The notes under the pieces: generated by a model
Told to the model about the DNA's origin: nothing
Database searches by the model: none
Seen by the model: only the letters and a program-made list of their open reading frames with translations
Shown here: piece after piece, positions 1-8,703 of the stretch
Position numbering within the stretch: position 1 is the first letter of the stretch
Layout: each line of letters starts with the position of its first letter
IMG/VR virus record: IMGVR_UViG_3300044472_000055
Span: 1-64,000 of that record
Direction: 5' to 3' (one strand)
Length of the DNA stretch: 64,000 nt
Origin: a virus
Made by a program: the position numbers and the translations under genes

Positions 1-469
1 CGTGAAGCTTCGCCAGCTGCCACCACCCACGATCTTCTTCACCACCGTCGGTGAGCGCCTTGTGGACGTAGGCGACAATCGCGGCTGCCGTATCACCAGG
101 CTCCTTCGGCGTGAGTGGTCCACCGAACGCGGTGTACAGGATGCAGTCGTACTTCATGCATCCTGTCGGCTTGTGCTCTTCGTGCGGGCCTGCGATCACG
201 GTCACCATACGAGACGGACGCGGAGGTAACGAGACCGTCCGTGACGGATACGTGCGGTTCCCACGCAACGAGAGGCGCGAACGATCCGCCATCGATACGT
301 CGCCCATGAGCGGACCGTAGAGACCACACGGCACGGTCCCCAATTCATCGGGCAGCTCGAACGTATCGATGAAGAACGCAGTGCGATCGGCGTAGCGTTC
401 GAGGATGTGCGCCATCTGTGCATCGGTGATGCCGTGGTCGCGATGAGACTCTGCGTGCAGTGTCAACAT
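1..469 (-). CDS. hypothetical phage protein, truncated by window edge (MLTLHAESHRDHG...LYTAFGGPLTPKEPGD)
   Basis: Translated by hand. Open from ATG 469 to the edge, preceded by the ACAAGGAAC leader shared with other early genes. Absent from the ORF track because no stop lies in the window. Confidence 0.75.
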   Translation of the reverse strand, partial: MLTLHAESHRDHGITDAQMAHILERYADRTAFFIDTFELPDELGTVPCGLYGPLMGDVSMADRSRLSLRGNRTYPSRTVSLPPRPSRMVTVIAGPHEEHKPTGCMKYDCILYTAFGGPLTPKEPGDTAAAIVAYVHKALTDGGEEDRGWWQLAKLH

Positions 470-695
470 GTGCCTGTTCCTTGTCTGGATGAGTGGTTGC
501 TCTGGCAGTAGGTTGTGATCCGCCGCCCCTATATCGTGCGTGGTTGCGCCTCCGTACCAGAACGTCCATCCGGCGCTCGGCTTCTTGAACATACGGATCT
601 GCACCATGAGATTGGCTTTGACCCACACGCTGAAGTCTCTCCCCTGCATCACTCCCCCATGAGGGCTAGACGTCCACGCCGCTCTTTTCTGACAG

Positions 696-1151
696 TCAAT
701 CGACCGTGAACGGCAGCAGCTCGACCGAGAGGTTCCACCGCGCGATCTCGCTATCGATGTCCATGTAGTTCTTGATGAGGAACGATGGCAGCGGCTTGCC
801 CGCTTCGAGATCCTTCGACGCTTCTTCGAGGCGCTGACACAGCGAACGAAGCTCGCCAGCGAGGCGACGCTTCGCCGCATCACGTTCGGTACGCAGACGG
901 CTCGCCATCATGCGCAAACGAAATTCGGGCTTCACGTCTTCGTCAGGGCTCGTTGGCAGCCAGCGCACCACGACCTCACGATCGGAGATGTCGACGTGCG
1001 TGTCAGCGGGACGTACCTGTTCTGCATCTACACGTTGAGGGGCGCCAGGCGGCAGCGGCCCTTTGCACCACGGCATGCCTCGTCCGCGACGCATCACGTA
1101 GACCGCGCCGTCGGGCAAGTCTTTCCACTGAACGACGTCTCCGACCTTCAT
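696..1151 (-). CDS. hypothetical protein
   Basis: ATGA overlap with the rIIB stop; same-strand operon. Confidence 0.7.
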   Translation of the reverse strand: MKVGDVVQWKDLPDGAVYVMRRGRGMPWCKGPLPPGAPQRVDAEQVRPADTHVDISDREVVVRWLPTSPDEDVKPEFRLRMMASRLRTERDAAKRRLAGELRSLCQRLEEASKDLEAGKPLPSFLIKNYMDIDSEIARWNLSVELLPFTVD

Positions 1152-2407
1152 TTCTTGGCCTTCGCTTTCTTCAACGCTTTCGCGTTGCGCTTGCCGCTAC
1201 GTGCCTTCCAGATGGCGTCGACGAGCTTCACCTTGCCACCAGGCAGCTTCGAGGCGCCGACGATGTGCAACCACGAGGCGTAGGCACGCAGGTCGTCCAT
1301 CGACATTTCGAGCAAGCCTCCCACCGTCTTCGTGTTGAGGCGACGCATGCGATCGTTCTTGCGCTTGTTCGCGAGACGCGATGCCGCCGCTACCCGAGCG
1401 TCATCGGGTGCGGGCACGGCGGGCGAGAAGTCGGCGTCATCGTCGTCCTCGTCCTCGTCCTCGTCGTCGTCATCGTCGTCGAGGTCATCGTCATCTTCAT
1501 CGAGATCGACGTCGTCGTCCCCGTCGTCCTCGTCTTCGTCATCCGCATCGAGCGGGCTGAAGTCGACGACGGCTGTCGGACGCCCCTCATCGACGCCACC
1601 CTCGTCCTCGTCCTCGTCCTCGTCCATCTTCGTGTACGAGGTGTCAACCGTCGTGCTAGGCATCGGAGCCGAGTGGAACCCGACGACCGTGTACTCGCAG
1701 ACGCGGATCTTTTGCGCCGAGTGATCCTTCGGGACGCTCACGACGTTCATCGGATCGACGCGGCAGATCAAGATGCGCTTGCCGTAGTCATCGTTCGAAG
1801 AAGTCCCGAAGCTATCCACGTACGCGAGCGCACCCACGTGGAAACCCTCGTCACAGGCGACGTCGGAGTCGTCACTGATCTGATTGCGGGGCATCTTGAG
1901 CACCTTGCCCGGCGAGTTGTCGAACGTGGCCGAGTGGAAGTCGAGCAGGTCGGGACGCACGCTCTTATACGTGAGGATGTGCCCGTCGTCTTCGATGGGG
2001 ATGTGGCGGTGCTGCATGAAGTTGAAGAGCTGCTGCACCGAGCGGTAGCTCGGATTCAGCGCAAGACGCTCGAAGAAGCGCAGGTAGGGCTGCGGGCTCT
2101 CCCCGCTGTTCGCGCTGCGCCAGATGCGCTCTTGCAGCGACGGCGGCACGGCAGTACCGCGATAGAGAATCGTGTGCCCGTTTTCACCGACGGTGAATTC
2201 GGTGCCGCTGATCCACTTGCGCAGCGCGCCGGACGTGGAGGTCAACTCGCGCACGTCGTCCCACGAGCCTTGTCCGAGCTGTGCCTTGAGGATGGCTTCG
2301 GCGAGCTGGTTGTACTGCAGCGTGCCAGCTTGTGCGGTGAAGGTCTTGCCGTCAATGACGACGAGAATGCTCTGTTGCGTGTACGTGAATGGGATTGCAG
2401 TCGACAT
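1148..2407 (-). CDS. rIIB: RIIB-like protein with Asp/Glu-rich linker and C-terminal Rho-N/HEH-like helical domain
   Basis: Motifs QLFNFM..IPIEDDGHILTYKSVR, MPRNQISDD...CDEGFHVG, VDPMNVVSVPKD..KIRVCEYTVV; lies directly downstream of rIIA. Confidence 0.9.
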   Translation of the reverse strand: MSTAIPFTYTQQSILVVIDGKTFTAQAGTLQYNQLAEAILKAQLGQGSWDDVRELTSTSGALRKWISGTEFTVGENGHTILYRGTAVPPSLQERIWRSANSGESPQPYLRFFERLALNPSYRSVQQLFNFMQHRHIPIEDDGHILTYKSVRPDLLDFHSATFDNSPGKVLKMPRNQISDDSDVACDEGFHVGALAYVDSFGTSSNDDYGKRILICRVDPMNVVSVPKDHSAQKIRVCEYTVVGFHSAPMPSTTVDTSYTKMDEDEDEDEGGVDEGRPTAVVDFSPLDADDEDEDDGDDDVDLDEDDDDLDDDDDDEDEDEDDDDADFSPAVPAPDDARVAAASRLANKRKNDRMRRLNTKTVGGLLEMSMDDLRAYASWLHIVGASKLPGGKVKLVDAIWKARSGKRNAKALKKAKAKK

Positions 2408-2416
2408 GAGATCCTC

Positions 2417-4645
2417 CTAGGCCGAAGCCTGTTGCGTGTCGTCTTCGACGTCTTCTTCTGCAGGTACGTTGCTGAGAGCCACGTCCATCATCTTGATGTA
2501 GACGCGCCATGCCTTCCGCTTTGCGGCGGCTTCTGCCTTGTCCTCGCGCCAGTACCCCTGCTCCCACAGCGCTTCGAGGCCGTAGTGTTTGAAGAGGGGA
2601 TACATGCGCATGATCGAATTCTGCGCGTGCCACGCGTCTGACTCGGCGTTGGGGAGTAACCCGAGGCGTGCAGCAACCGCAGTGACTGCATCACGCTTGG
2701 CGCCCGACGGCAGCTCCTTCGAAGCCGTGCGTGCCATCGAGAGGTAGTCGATGAGCGGATGCTTCGCGCCGAGTTGCTTCGCGAGCCCAGTGACGATGGT
2801 ATCGGTGATCGAATCGCCCTTCGCGATCGTGATCCATCGAAGCCATTGCACAAGCCCCACCATTTCAGGTGTGCGTAGCGTTTCGAGCATCTGCTTACGC
2901 CACTCTCGATACTCGGTGCCCGTGCACTGCGACTCCTCGACGGGCTTCTTCTCCGTCGACTTGTACGCGTACACCGCCGGCATGCCGCCGACTCCCAGCA
3001 GATTGAAAATTGCGGCGTCGCTCTTGTAGTCCTCGAAGAAGCCGCTGTACGGCTCGAACTTCTCGATCACCACGAACACGTCGGTGTCCTCGGGAACGCG
3101 TGTGACGACGTCCCAGTTCGCCGAGTAGCCGCCTCGCGTACGCTTGCGAATGCTGTGACCGTTGTACTGAAACATCGTCGCGCGATGCTTGTTGTTGTAC
3201 GTGCCCGTGCGTGAGCCCGGCTGGCGTGGGTTGCTCCACGACAGTTGCGAGAGCTTCTTCGTCGGTATGCCGTCTAGCTGCACCGCATCGAGGGCAGCCT
3301 TGAGCTGCGCTTCGAGCCGCGCTAGCTCGATGTCGTTGAGTGGCGTCTTCGACGGCTTCAGGTACGCCTTCTCGTCGTAGTCGACGTTGTCCATGTCCGT
3401 CATCGAAGCGACGAGGTTGCGGTTGTAGCGAACGACGTAATCGTGCGGACTCAGCTCATAGCCCTTGAGCGCTTTGCCTGTGTCGTCAATGAGCAAACGA
3501 ATATCACCGGTCACCGTGACATCGTTGGTCACGCTGCCGTCGCGCACGAAGTAGAGCTGCGACGCACGCACATCGCCGAACACCGTCACGTGCGCCTTCG
3601 TCAGAGCTTCCCACTCGCCAGGCAAGTCGAAGCCGATCTTGTGCAGCTGGCGTGCTTTGCAGCGACGAAGAAACCCGAGGGACGTGTTCGACTCCAGCAG
3701 CTTGATCGCGTGAATCACGTAGTCGTCGATCAACGCAGTGAACTTCGCAACGATCGCGTCCTTCGTTTGCTTGGAGTAGCGCAGCTCCTCACGCGAGGCG
3801 CTGATTTGCAGCTCGCCGATGTTGAAGGGCAGCACACCCGAGAGGTTCGAGAGGCAACGGTGAACACCCTTGTCCTCGACATCGAGCGGCAGCTGATCGA
3901 GACGAATGCGATAGGGGACGCACCCCATGACCGCGTACCACGTGCCAGCCTGATACGCATAGGCTGCCGTCTCGCTGACGAAATCGACGAAGCCGTTTGG
4001 CAGCACCGTGCGTTCAGCAGGCGGAGGGGGAAGCTCCACGTTCAACGTGGGGCGAGGAATCATGTGAACAAAGAGACGCTGCGCCTTCTCGACAAACTCG
4101 TCGACGTCCGACGGACGCACCGCGATCTTGACCTCGATGCCTGTCTCGTCGTCACACGGCTCGGTGTGCATGTGTTGCATCCGACCCTTGTCGGTCTCGT
4201 CGAGGCTCGCGATGTAGACACGACGTTCGCCACCATGACAGCTCGTGATCGTGAACTGATCGGCGTACGCGAAGGCCGACTTGCAGCCGATACCGAGCAT
4301 GCCCACCGCGTTGTTGTCGAAGCGCTTGGTGCTCTTGCCGTACTGCGTGTAGACGCGGAACACGTCCTCGTGGGAGAGCCCAGGGCCGTAGTCACGAATC
4401 GTGAGCGACAGGTTGTCCTCCGTCGGCAGCTGAACGAGGATCGGCAGGTCGTGCTTGCCGGCCATACGATGCGCATCCCATGCGTTCGCGCTGTACTCGC
4501 GCAGCACCGCTAGAATGCGGTCCGAGTAGATCTGCTCGCGCAGGATCGACATGATGTGGCTGCTGTCGTCGACGGAGATGCCAAAATCGGCAGTCTCGGT
4601 GACGCCGCCGGTAGTGAGCGAACGGTCTGCGTAGTTGGGCTGCAT
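2417..4645 (-). CDS. rIIA: RIIA-like protein with N-terminal GHKL/Hsp90-type ATPase
   Basis: IYSDRILAVLREYSANAWDAH, IRDYGPGLS, YGKSTK, GMLGIGCKSAFAY, SASREELRY. Confidence 0.92.
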   Translation of the reverse strand: MQPNYADRSLTTGGVTETADFGISVDDSSHIMSILREQIYSDRILAVLREYSANAWDAHRMAGKHDLPILVQLPTEDNLSLTIRDYGPGLSHEDVFRVYTQYGKSTKRFDNNAVGMLGIGCKSAFAYADQFTITSCHGGERRVYIASLDETDKGRMQHMHTEPCDDETGIEVKIAVRPSDVDEFVEKAQRLFVHMIPRPTLNVELPPPPAERTVLPNGFVDFVSETAAYAYQAGTWYAVMGCVPYRIRLDQLPLDVEDKGVHRCLSNLSGVLPFNIGELQISASREELRYSKQTKDAIVAKFTALIDDYVIHAIKLLESNTSLGFLRRCKARQLHKIGFDLPGEWEALTKAHVTVFGDVRASQLYFVRDGSVTNDVTVTGDIRLLIDDTGKALKGYELSPHDYVVRYNRNLVASMTDMDNVDYDEKAYLKPSKTPLNDIELARLEAQLKAALDAVQLDGIPTKKLSQLSWSNPRQPGSRTGTYNNKHRATMFQYNGHSIRKRTRGGYSANWDVVTRVPEDTDVFVVIEKFEPYSGFFEDYKSDAAIFNLLGVGGMPAVYAYKSTEKKPVEESQCTGTEYREWRKQMLETLRTPEMVGLVQWLRWITIAKGDSITDTIVTGLAKQLGAKHPLIDYLSMARTASKELPSGAKRDAVTAVAARLGLLPNAESDAWHAQNSIMRMYPLFKHYGLEALWEQGYWREDKAEAAAKRKAWRVYIKMMDVALSNVPAEEDVEDDTQQASA

Positions 4646-4686
4646 GACGAGTTCCTTGTTCGAGTTGTCGTTGATGGGGCTGACAG

Positions 4687-5247
4687 TCAGGAGAGCGCTT
4701 TGAGCGCGACGAGCACACGAGTGGCGCGTTCTTCGTCGAGCACGAGCGTGATGCCGCCCTGCGTGACGTCACGGCGGTCGATCGTTGCCGACACCGAGAG
4801 CTTGCGGGCCTTGAAGGCTTCGTCGCCACCGAGTAGCTCGTACAGCTGAGCCGCGACATCGTTGAGGCGATCCTTGGTGGCAGCCATGTACGCGCGGGCT
4901 GCTTTCATCTCGTCGGTGATCCACGCGAACGTCAGTGCATCACCGATGCGCTCGACCTCGCCTGTCTCTACGAGATGCAGCAAGAACTGCTTGACGCGCG
5001 TACGTTGGCCCGACGTCGGCTCTGTGAGCTTCGCCCCGTCCCAGCTGAGCGCGTCGACGGCGGCGGTTCGCATCGCGTTGCGGCGATCCCACGGCGTGTT
5101 GGGATCAGGGTCGTAGCCGTGAATCATCAGCACGATGGTATCGATCTGCATACGAGCGCCGACCGTCGGGTCGCGCACATCTGCCATCTTCGCGCTCTTG
5201 CGCATGGCTTCACGAACCATCTCTACCGTGATGTCAGCGGGCTTCAT
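4687..5247 (-). CDS. hypothetical protein
   Basis: Start moved to ATG 5247, which follows GGAGG. Confidence 0.7.
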   Translation of the reverse strand: MKPADITVEMVREAMRKSAKMADVRDPTVGARMQIDTIVLMIHGYDPDPNTPWDRRNAMRTAAVDALSWDGAKLTEPTSGQRTRVKQFLLHLVETGEVERIGDALTFAWITDEMKAARAYMAATKDRLNDVAAQLYELLGGDEAFKARKLSVSATIDRRDVTQGGITLVLDEERATRVLVALKALS

Positions 5248-5266
5248 GGCGGGTCCTCCGTGTTGA

Positions 5267-5668
5267 TCAGAGATAGTCCTCGGGCTCGAACGCGTCCATG
5301 ACTGCGTTGAAGCCGTCGACATCGTCGTGCGCGTAGTGCCAATCAGAGATGATATCGATCCCGTTGCCGGAGATGAGCCGCACCGGATGAATCGGACCGT
5401 CCGTTGGGCCGTCTTTGCTGAAGTACAGCCAGCAGTCGTCGAGGTTGAAGATCAGCTCCATCGCGCTCTTGGTATCGTGCACCTTCGTCTCGCGATCGAG
5501 ATCGTTGAGGAGCGCGGGAGACCATCCGTGCTGAGCCATGTGCGCGCACAATGCCGCAACGATGCGACGCTCGATACGTCCGTTGACGTCGACCTTGCTG
5601 CCCCACTTGGCCAGCATCATCGCGTCGTGCTCCAGCTCGGGCACGTCTACTTGCTTACGCAGCTGCAT
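5267..5668 (-). CDS. hypothetical phage protein (GNGIDIISDW motif)
   Basis: SD GAAGGA before ATG 5668; operon context. Confidence 0.7.
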   Translation of the reverse strand: MQLRKQVDVPELEHDAMMLAKWGSKVDVNGRIERRIVAALCAHMAQHGWSPALLNDLDRETKVHDTKSAMELIFNLDDCWLYFSKDGPTDGPIHPVRLISGNGIDIISDWHYAHDDVDGFNAVMDAFEPEDYL

Positions 5669-6185
5669 CGTCCTTCCCCTCATCGGTGGTTTCACGCATA
5701 TCGCCGTAGATCATCGGCGCGAGCGCCTTCAGCTCACACACGATCGCGTAGCGAGCGTGGTTGCTGTCGACGAGCATGGGATCGTTCAACGCGCGCCCCG
5801 TAGCCGCGATGCAATCCCAGTGATCGCACTCGTGACGGCACGGAAACACGTCGCCGCACTTCGTGCACTTCTCGTTCGAGCTACCACGCTTCATTGGTTG
5901 GTAGTCGTGCTCGCGGATGCGGCACTTCGCATGGAGTCGGCGCATGGCTAGCCTTTCTGGGCGCGTGCGTTGAGCATGGTTGCGCAACGTGCACGAGCCC
6001 TTGCACGTTCCGCCGGATCCTGCGGATCGAAATCCCAGCGGAGTGGGTCGCCGTACGTTGTTTTGTCGGGCAACGGCTCCCCCAGGGCGATACGACACAA
6101 GAAGTCCGCGACGCCGCGCGGCTTGCTCGTGCGCGCGCTGTAGTTCGCGGATTTGCTCGTCGGTGATCGTGTCGCCGGTCAGCAT
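5655..6185 (-). CDS. hypothetical Cys/His-rich protein (true start may be 5945)
   Basis: C-terminal half has CTKC and CRHECDHWDC; start uncertain. Confidence 0.45.
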   Translation of the reverse strand: MLTGDTITDEQIRELQRAHEQAARRRGLLVSYRPGGAVARQNNVRRPTPLGFRSAGSGGTCKGSCTLRNHAQRTRPERLAMRRLHAKCRIREHDYQPMKRGSSNEKCTKCGDVFPCRHECDHWDCIAATGRALNDPMLVDSNHARYAIVCELKALAPMIYGDMRETTDEGKDDAAA

Positions 6186-6790
6186 CAGAAACCCTCCTCG
6201 GCTGCGATCCACGGCGGCGCCAAACGCGCGTCTAGCTCGCGTACCGTCGGTCCGTGCATGCTATCGACGTGCTCGGGTACCGGCAGCGGCGACATCGGAT
6301 CGGTGATGACCTCACGCTGCGTGCGCAAAGACCACTGAACCTGTCGTGCGCCTTCGATGCCCATGAACGGATGCATCAGTGCGAACGCCGGCAGCGGCCC
6401 AAACGCGTTCGCCCACGAGTAGTGGAAGAGCACCGTCGGCCGCTTCGTGTGCGGCAGCGTCAACACGTAGCCACGCGTGTGTGGTTTGCGCTCCGTGACT
6501 TCCTTGCTGATGAAGGAATCCGGCGAGGCGAACCAACGTGCGACGTCGCGATCCTCGCTCCACGAGAGGAACTTGTACTCGTACTGGTGCTTGAATTCCT
6601 CGCGAGGGTCGAGCAGCAGGCCCCGGTACAGCTCACTGTTGGGCAGCGGGAAGCGCTTGGACAGCTCGTATGCGACGAAGTAGATGTCACTCGCGGCGGC
6701 GCAGAAAATTGCGTCCGCGTCTGACAGACGACCAAGCACTGCGTTCAACGCGAAATTGATGTACATGCTCTGAGCTTCACCGATGCGCAT
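6185..6790 (-). CDS. putative ADP-ribosyltransferase (R-S-E clade)
   Basis: LYRG ... FLSWSEDRDVARWFA ... TQREVI in canonical ART order; AAGGAG SD before ATG 6790. Confidence 0.6.
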   Translation of the reverse strand: MRIGEAQSMYINFALNAVLGRLSDADAIFCAAASDIYFVAYELSKRFPLPNSELYRGLLLDPREEFKHQYEYKFLSWSEDRDVARWFASPDSFISKEVTERKPHTRGYVLTLPHTKRPTVLFHYSWANAFGPLPAFALMHPFMGIEGARQVQWSLRTQREVITDPMSPLPVPEHVDSMHGPTVRELDARLAPPWIAAEEGF

Positions 6791-6989
6791 GGCGGCTCCT
6801 TGTTCAGTTGTTGGTTGCTGCATCGAAGGCACGAATCGTTCGTGCCCTTGAGGCAACAGCCGTTGTCCTTGGCTGTTGAGGTGAACCTATTTTCGATGGC
6901 GTTCGCAGACACTCGACCGGGACTGCATCGAGTGCGGCCCATTGCTGGGCTCGGTGCGCATGATGTCCTCCTGCGGGGCTTCCGCGTGG

Positions 6990-7253
6990 CTACAGCAACT
7001 CAGCCGTCACGGTCAGACGGACCATGACTGACCATTCATGTTCGTCAGCACCATCGTCGGTGGCGTGGTACATGCCGATCTTCAGCGGCTCGTTGAACGT
7101 CGGGTAGCTCAAGTAGTGGCGATTGGTGCGAAGGTCTCGCGTAATCACCTCACCACACGCTGGGCACTTCGACTTGATCACGATCGGCAGCTGCGTACGT
7201 TTGCAGTCGAGCCCGAACGGCTCCATCGTGACGTTCTCCACGATAGTGGTCAC
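6990..7253 (-). CDS. small hypothetical protein with CxxC
   Basis: CPACG; overlaps upstream gene by 4 nt. Confidence 0.6.
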   Translation of the reverse strand: MTTIVENVTMEPFGLDCKRTQLPIVIKSKCPACGEVITRDLRTNRHYLSYPTFNEPLKIGMYHATDDGADEHEWSVMVRLTVTAELL

Positions 7254-7504
7254 GACGCGCTCTCGTAGACGATCGTCACCCGATCGTCGTCGGCAGTCGC
7301 ATCGAATTCGACGAGCGCCACCGAGTAGGGGAGCCCTTCGAGATGCGAGTCAGCCCACGCACATGCTTCGTCGAGGGCGTCGTAGCATCCGCGAGTGAGC
7401 ACCGCGAACGGCCCCACGTTCGTCGTGGGGTGGTACTTCGTCGAGCGCTCGTGAACGTAGGGAATTTTGACCGTGTAGTACGGCTTCAGCTCCGGGTGCA
7501 GCAT
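7250..7504 (-). CDS. hypothetical protein
   Basis: Translationally coupled to neighbours. Confidence 0.65.
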   Translation of the reverse strand: MLHPELKPYYTVKIPYVHERSTKYHPTTNVGPFAVLTRGCYDALDEACAWADSHLEGLPYSVALVEFDATADDDRVTIVYESAS

Positions 7505-8325
7505 TAGAAACCGACCTCCTCAGCGAGCGTTGGTTGGTGTTTGGGCTCGGGGACGATTGCACCGAGGTACTCGACGTACGGGCAGCCCTTGACGTGAGGA
7601 TTGCTCTCGCAGCTATGGCAGAGGCGAGGCGGTTCGGTCGGCGGCTCGTAGCCCGGCGCGAAGCGAAGCACGCCACACACCGCGCACTCCTGCACGTTCT
7701 TGTTCACGTACGCCGGATCGCGGTGCCCGCACGCCCACGGCTGCTCGAACCACTCCGTCGTCTGCGTGGTCGTCGTCTGCGTGGTCGTCATCTGCGGCTG
7801 CGCTTTGCAGCGCGACAGAATCGTCTGCGACACGCCGCGATACAGCTCGTGCTTCTTCACCGTGCCGGTGAGCACCACTGCATCGCCAACGTCGAGCCGC
7901 TCGCTCGATGCGCGCCACATGAACACGTGCCCGGTGGCGGGCGCCTTGAACAGGTGCAGACGAATGGAGCCGTACTGCCCTTGCAGGTCGACCGTCTTGG
8001 TCACCACGACGGGCACCGCCACCTTCTGGCCGATCGCACCGTAGAACCCAGCGTCGACGTGAGGCAGCTGCTGCTGCGGCATCGGCGGAATCCCGCCCTG
8101 CACGACCGAGACGGCACCGAAGTGCTCGCGTGCGGTCGACTCGACCCACGCAAGCGTCACGCCTGCGTACGCATCGAAGGCCCAGCTGCGCGACTGCCCA
8201 TCCCACTGTGCACGCCCCTGCCGACGACACTGTCGGGCGACGGCGGCGAAGTTGTCGTTGTACGGCCCGCGCACGTGAATGTAGCGCCCGCCGCCCGTGA
8301 AGAAGATCGTTGCTGCGTTGGTCAT
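7504..8325 (-). CDS. putative nucleic-acid-binding protein (HARP-like N-terminus, OB-fold, Zn ribbon)
   Basis: RGPYN..F...AQWDGQSRSWAF; GAIGQKV...GQYG...LTGTVKKH.LYRGVSQT.LSRCK; C-terminal CAVC and CHSC. Confidence 0.6.
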   Translation of the reverse strand: MTNAATIFFTGGGRYIHVRGPYNDNFAAVARQCRRQGRAQWDGQSRSWAFDAYAGVTLAWVESTAREHFGAVSVVQGGIPPMPQQQLPHVDAGFYGAIGQKVAVPVVVTKTVDLQGQYGSIRLHLFKAPATGHVFMWRASSERLDVGDAVVLTGTVKKHELYRGVSQTILSRCKAQPQMTTTQTTTTQTTEWFEQPWACGHRDPAYVNKNVQECAVCGVLRFAPGYEPPTEPPRLCHSCESNPHVKGCPYVEYLGAIVPEPKHQPTLAEEVGF

Positions 8326-8353
8326 GACGTGTGGTCCTTGTTCCGTTGGTTGG

Positions 8354-8701
8354 TTAGCAAGGGTCGACGCCTTGAAGGCGGGCGACCAGGTTGATCTCGT
8401 CGGCTACCTGCTCACGAGTGAACGGCTCGATGCTGGCCACGCGAGCGCACACGCTCATCGCGCCCGTGACATGACTGATGAGACGCTGGCGATCGTGACG
8501 GAGCCACCGCACCAGCACATCCTGCGCCGCTTGACTGCCCGTGCCGAGGCCCGGCGCGATGCTCGTCGCCAGCTCCTGCGAGACGAACCAGCGCAGGTAC
8601 ATCTTGCGTGCGTGCTTCTCGTCGAGCCCTTCGGCACGACTCTCAGCCTCGAACGCGAGCCACGTGCCGCGAGGGTCGTAGGGGTCGAGCGTGCCCGGCA
8701 T
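8354..8701 (-). CDS. hypothetical protein
   Basis: ORF in the early operon. Confidence 0.6.
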   Translation of the reverse strand: MPGTLDPYDPRGTWLAFEAESRAEGLDEKHARKMYLRWFVSQELATSIAPGLGTGSQAAQDVLVRWLRHDRQRLISHVTGAMSVCARVASIEPFTREQVADEINLVARLQGVDPC

Positions 8702-8703
8702 GG

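Noticed and set aside
1430-1630. (TCG/TCC)n trinucleotide-like repeats, also at 52320-52380
   Set aside because: They encode Asp/Glu tracts of proteins and are not independent DNA repeats.
785-2641. 618-aa plus-strand ORF and similar long antisense ORFs (3443-4513, 8608-9600, 9688-10797, 17850-18800, 53205-54494)
   Set aside because: Shadow frames of GC-rich minus-strand genes; Arg/Val-rich with no motifs.
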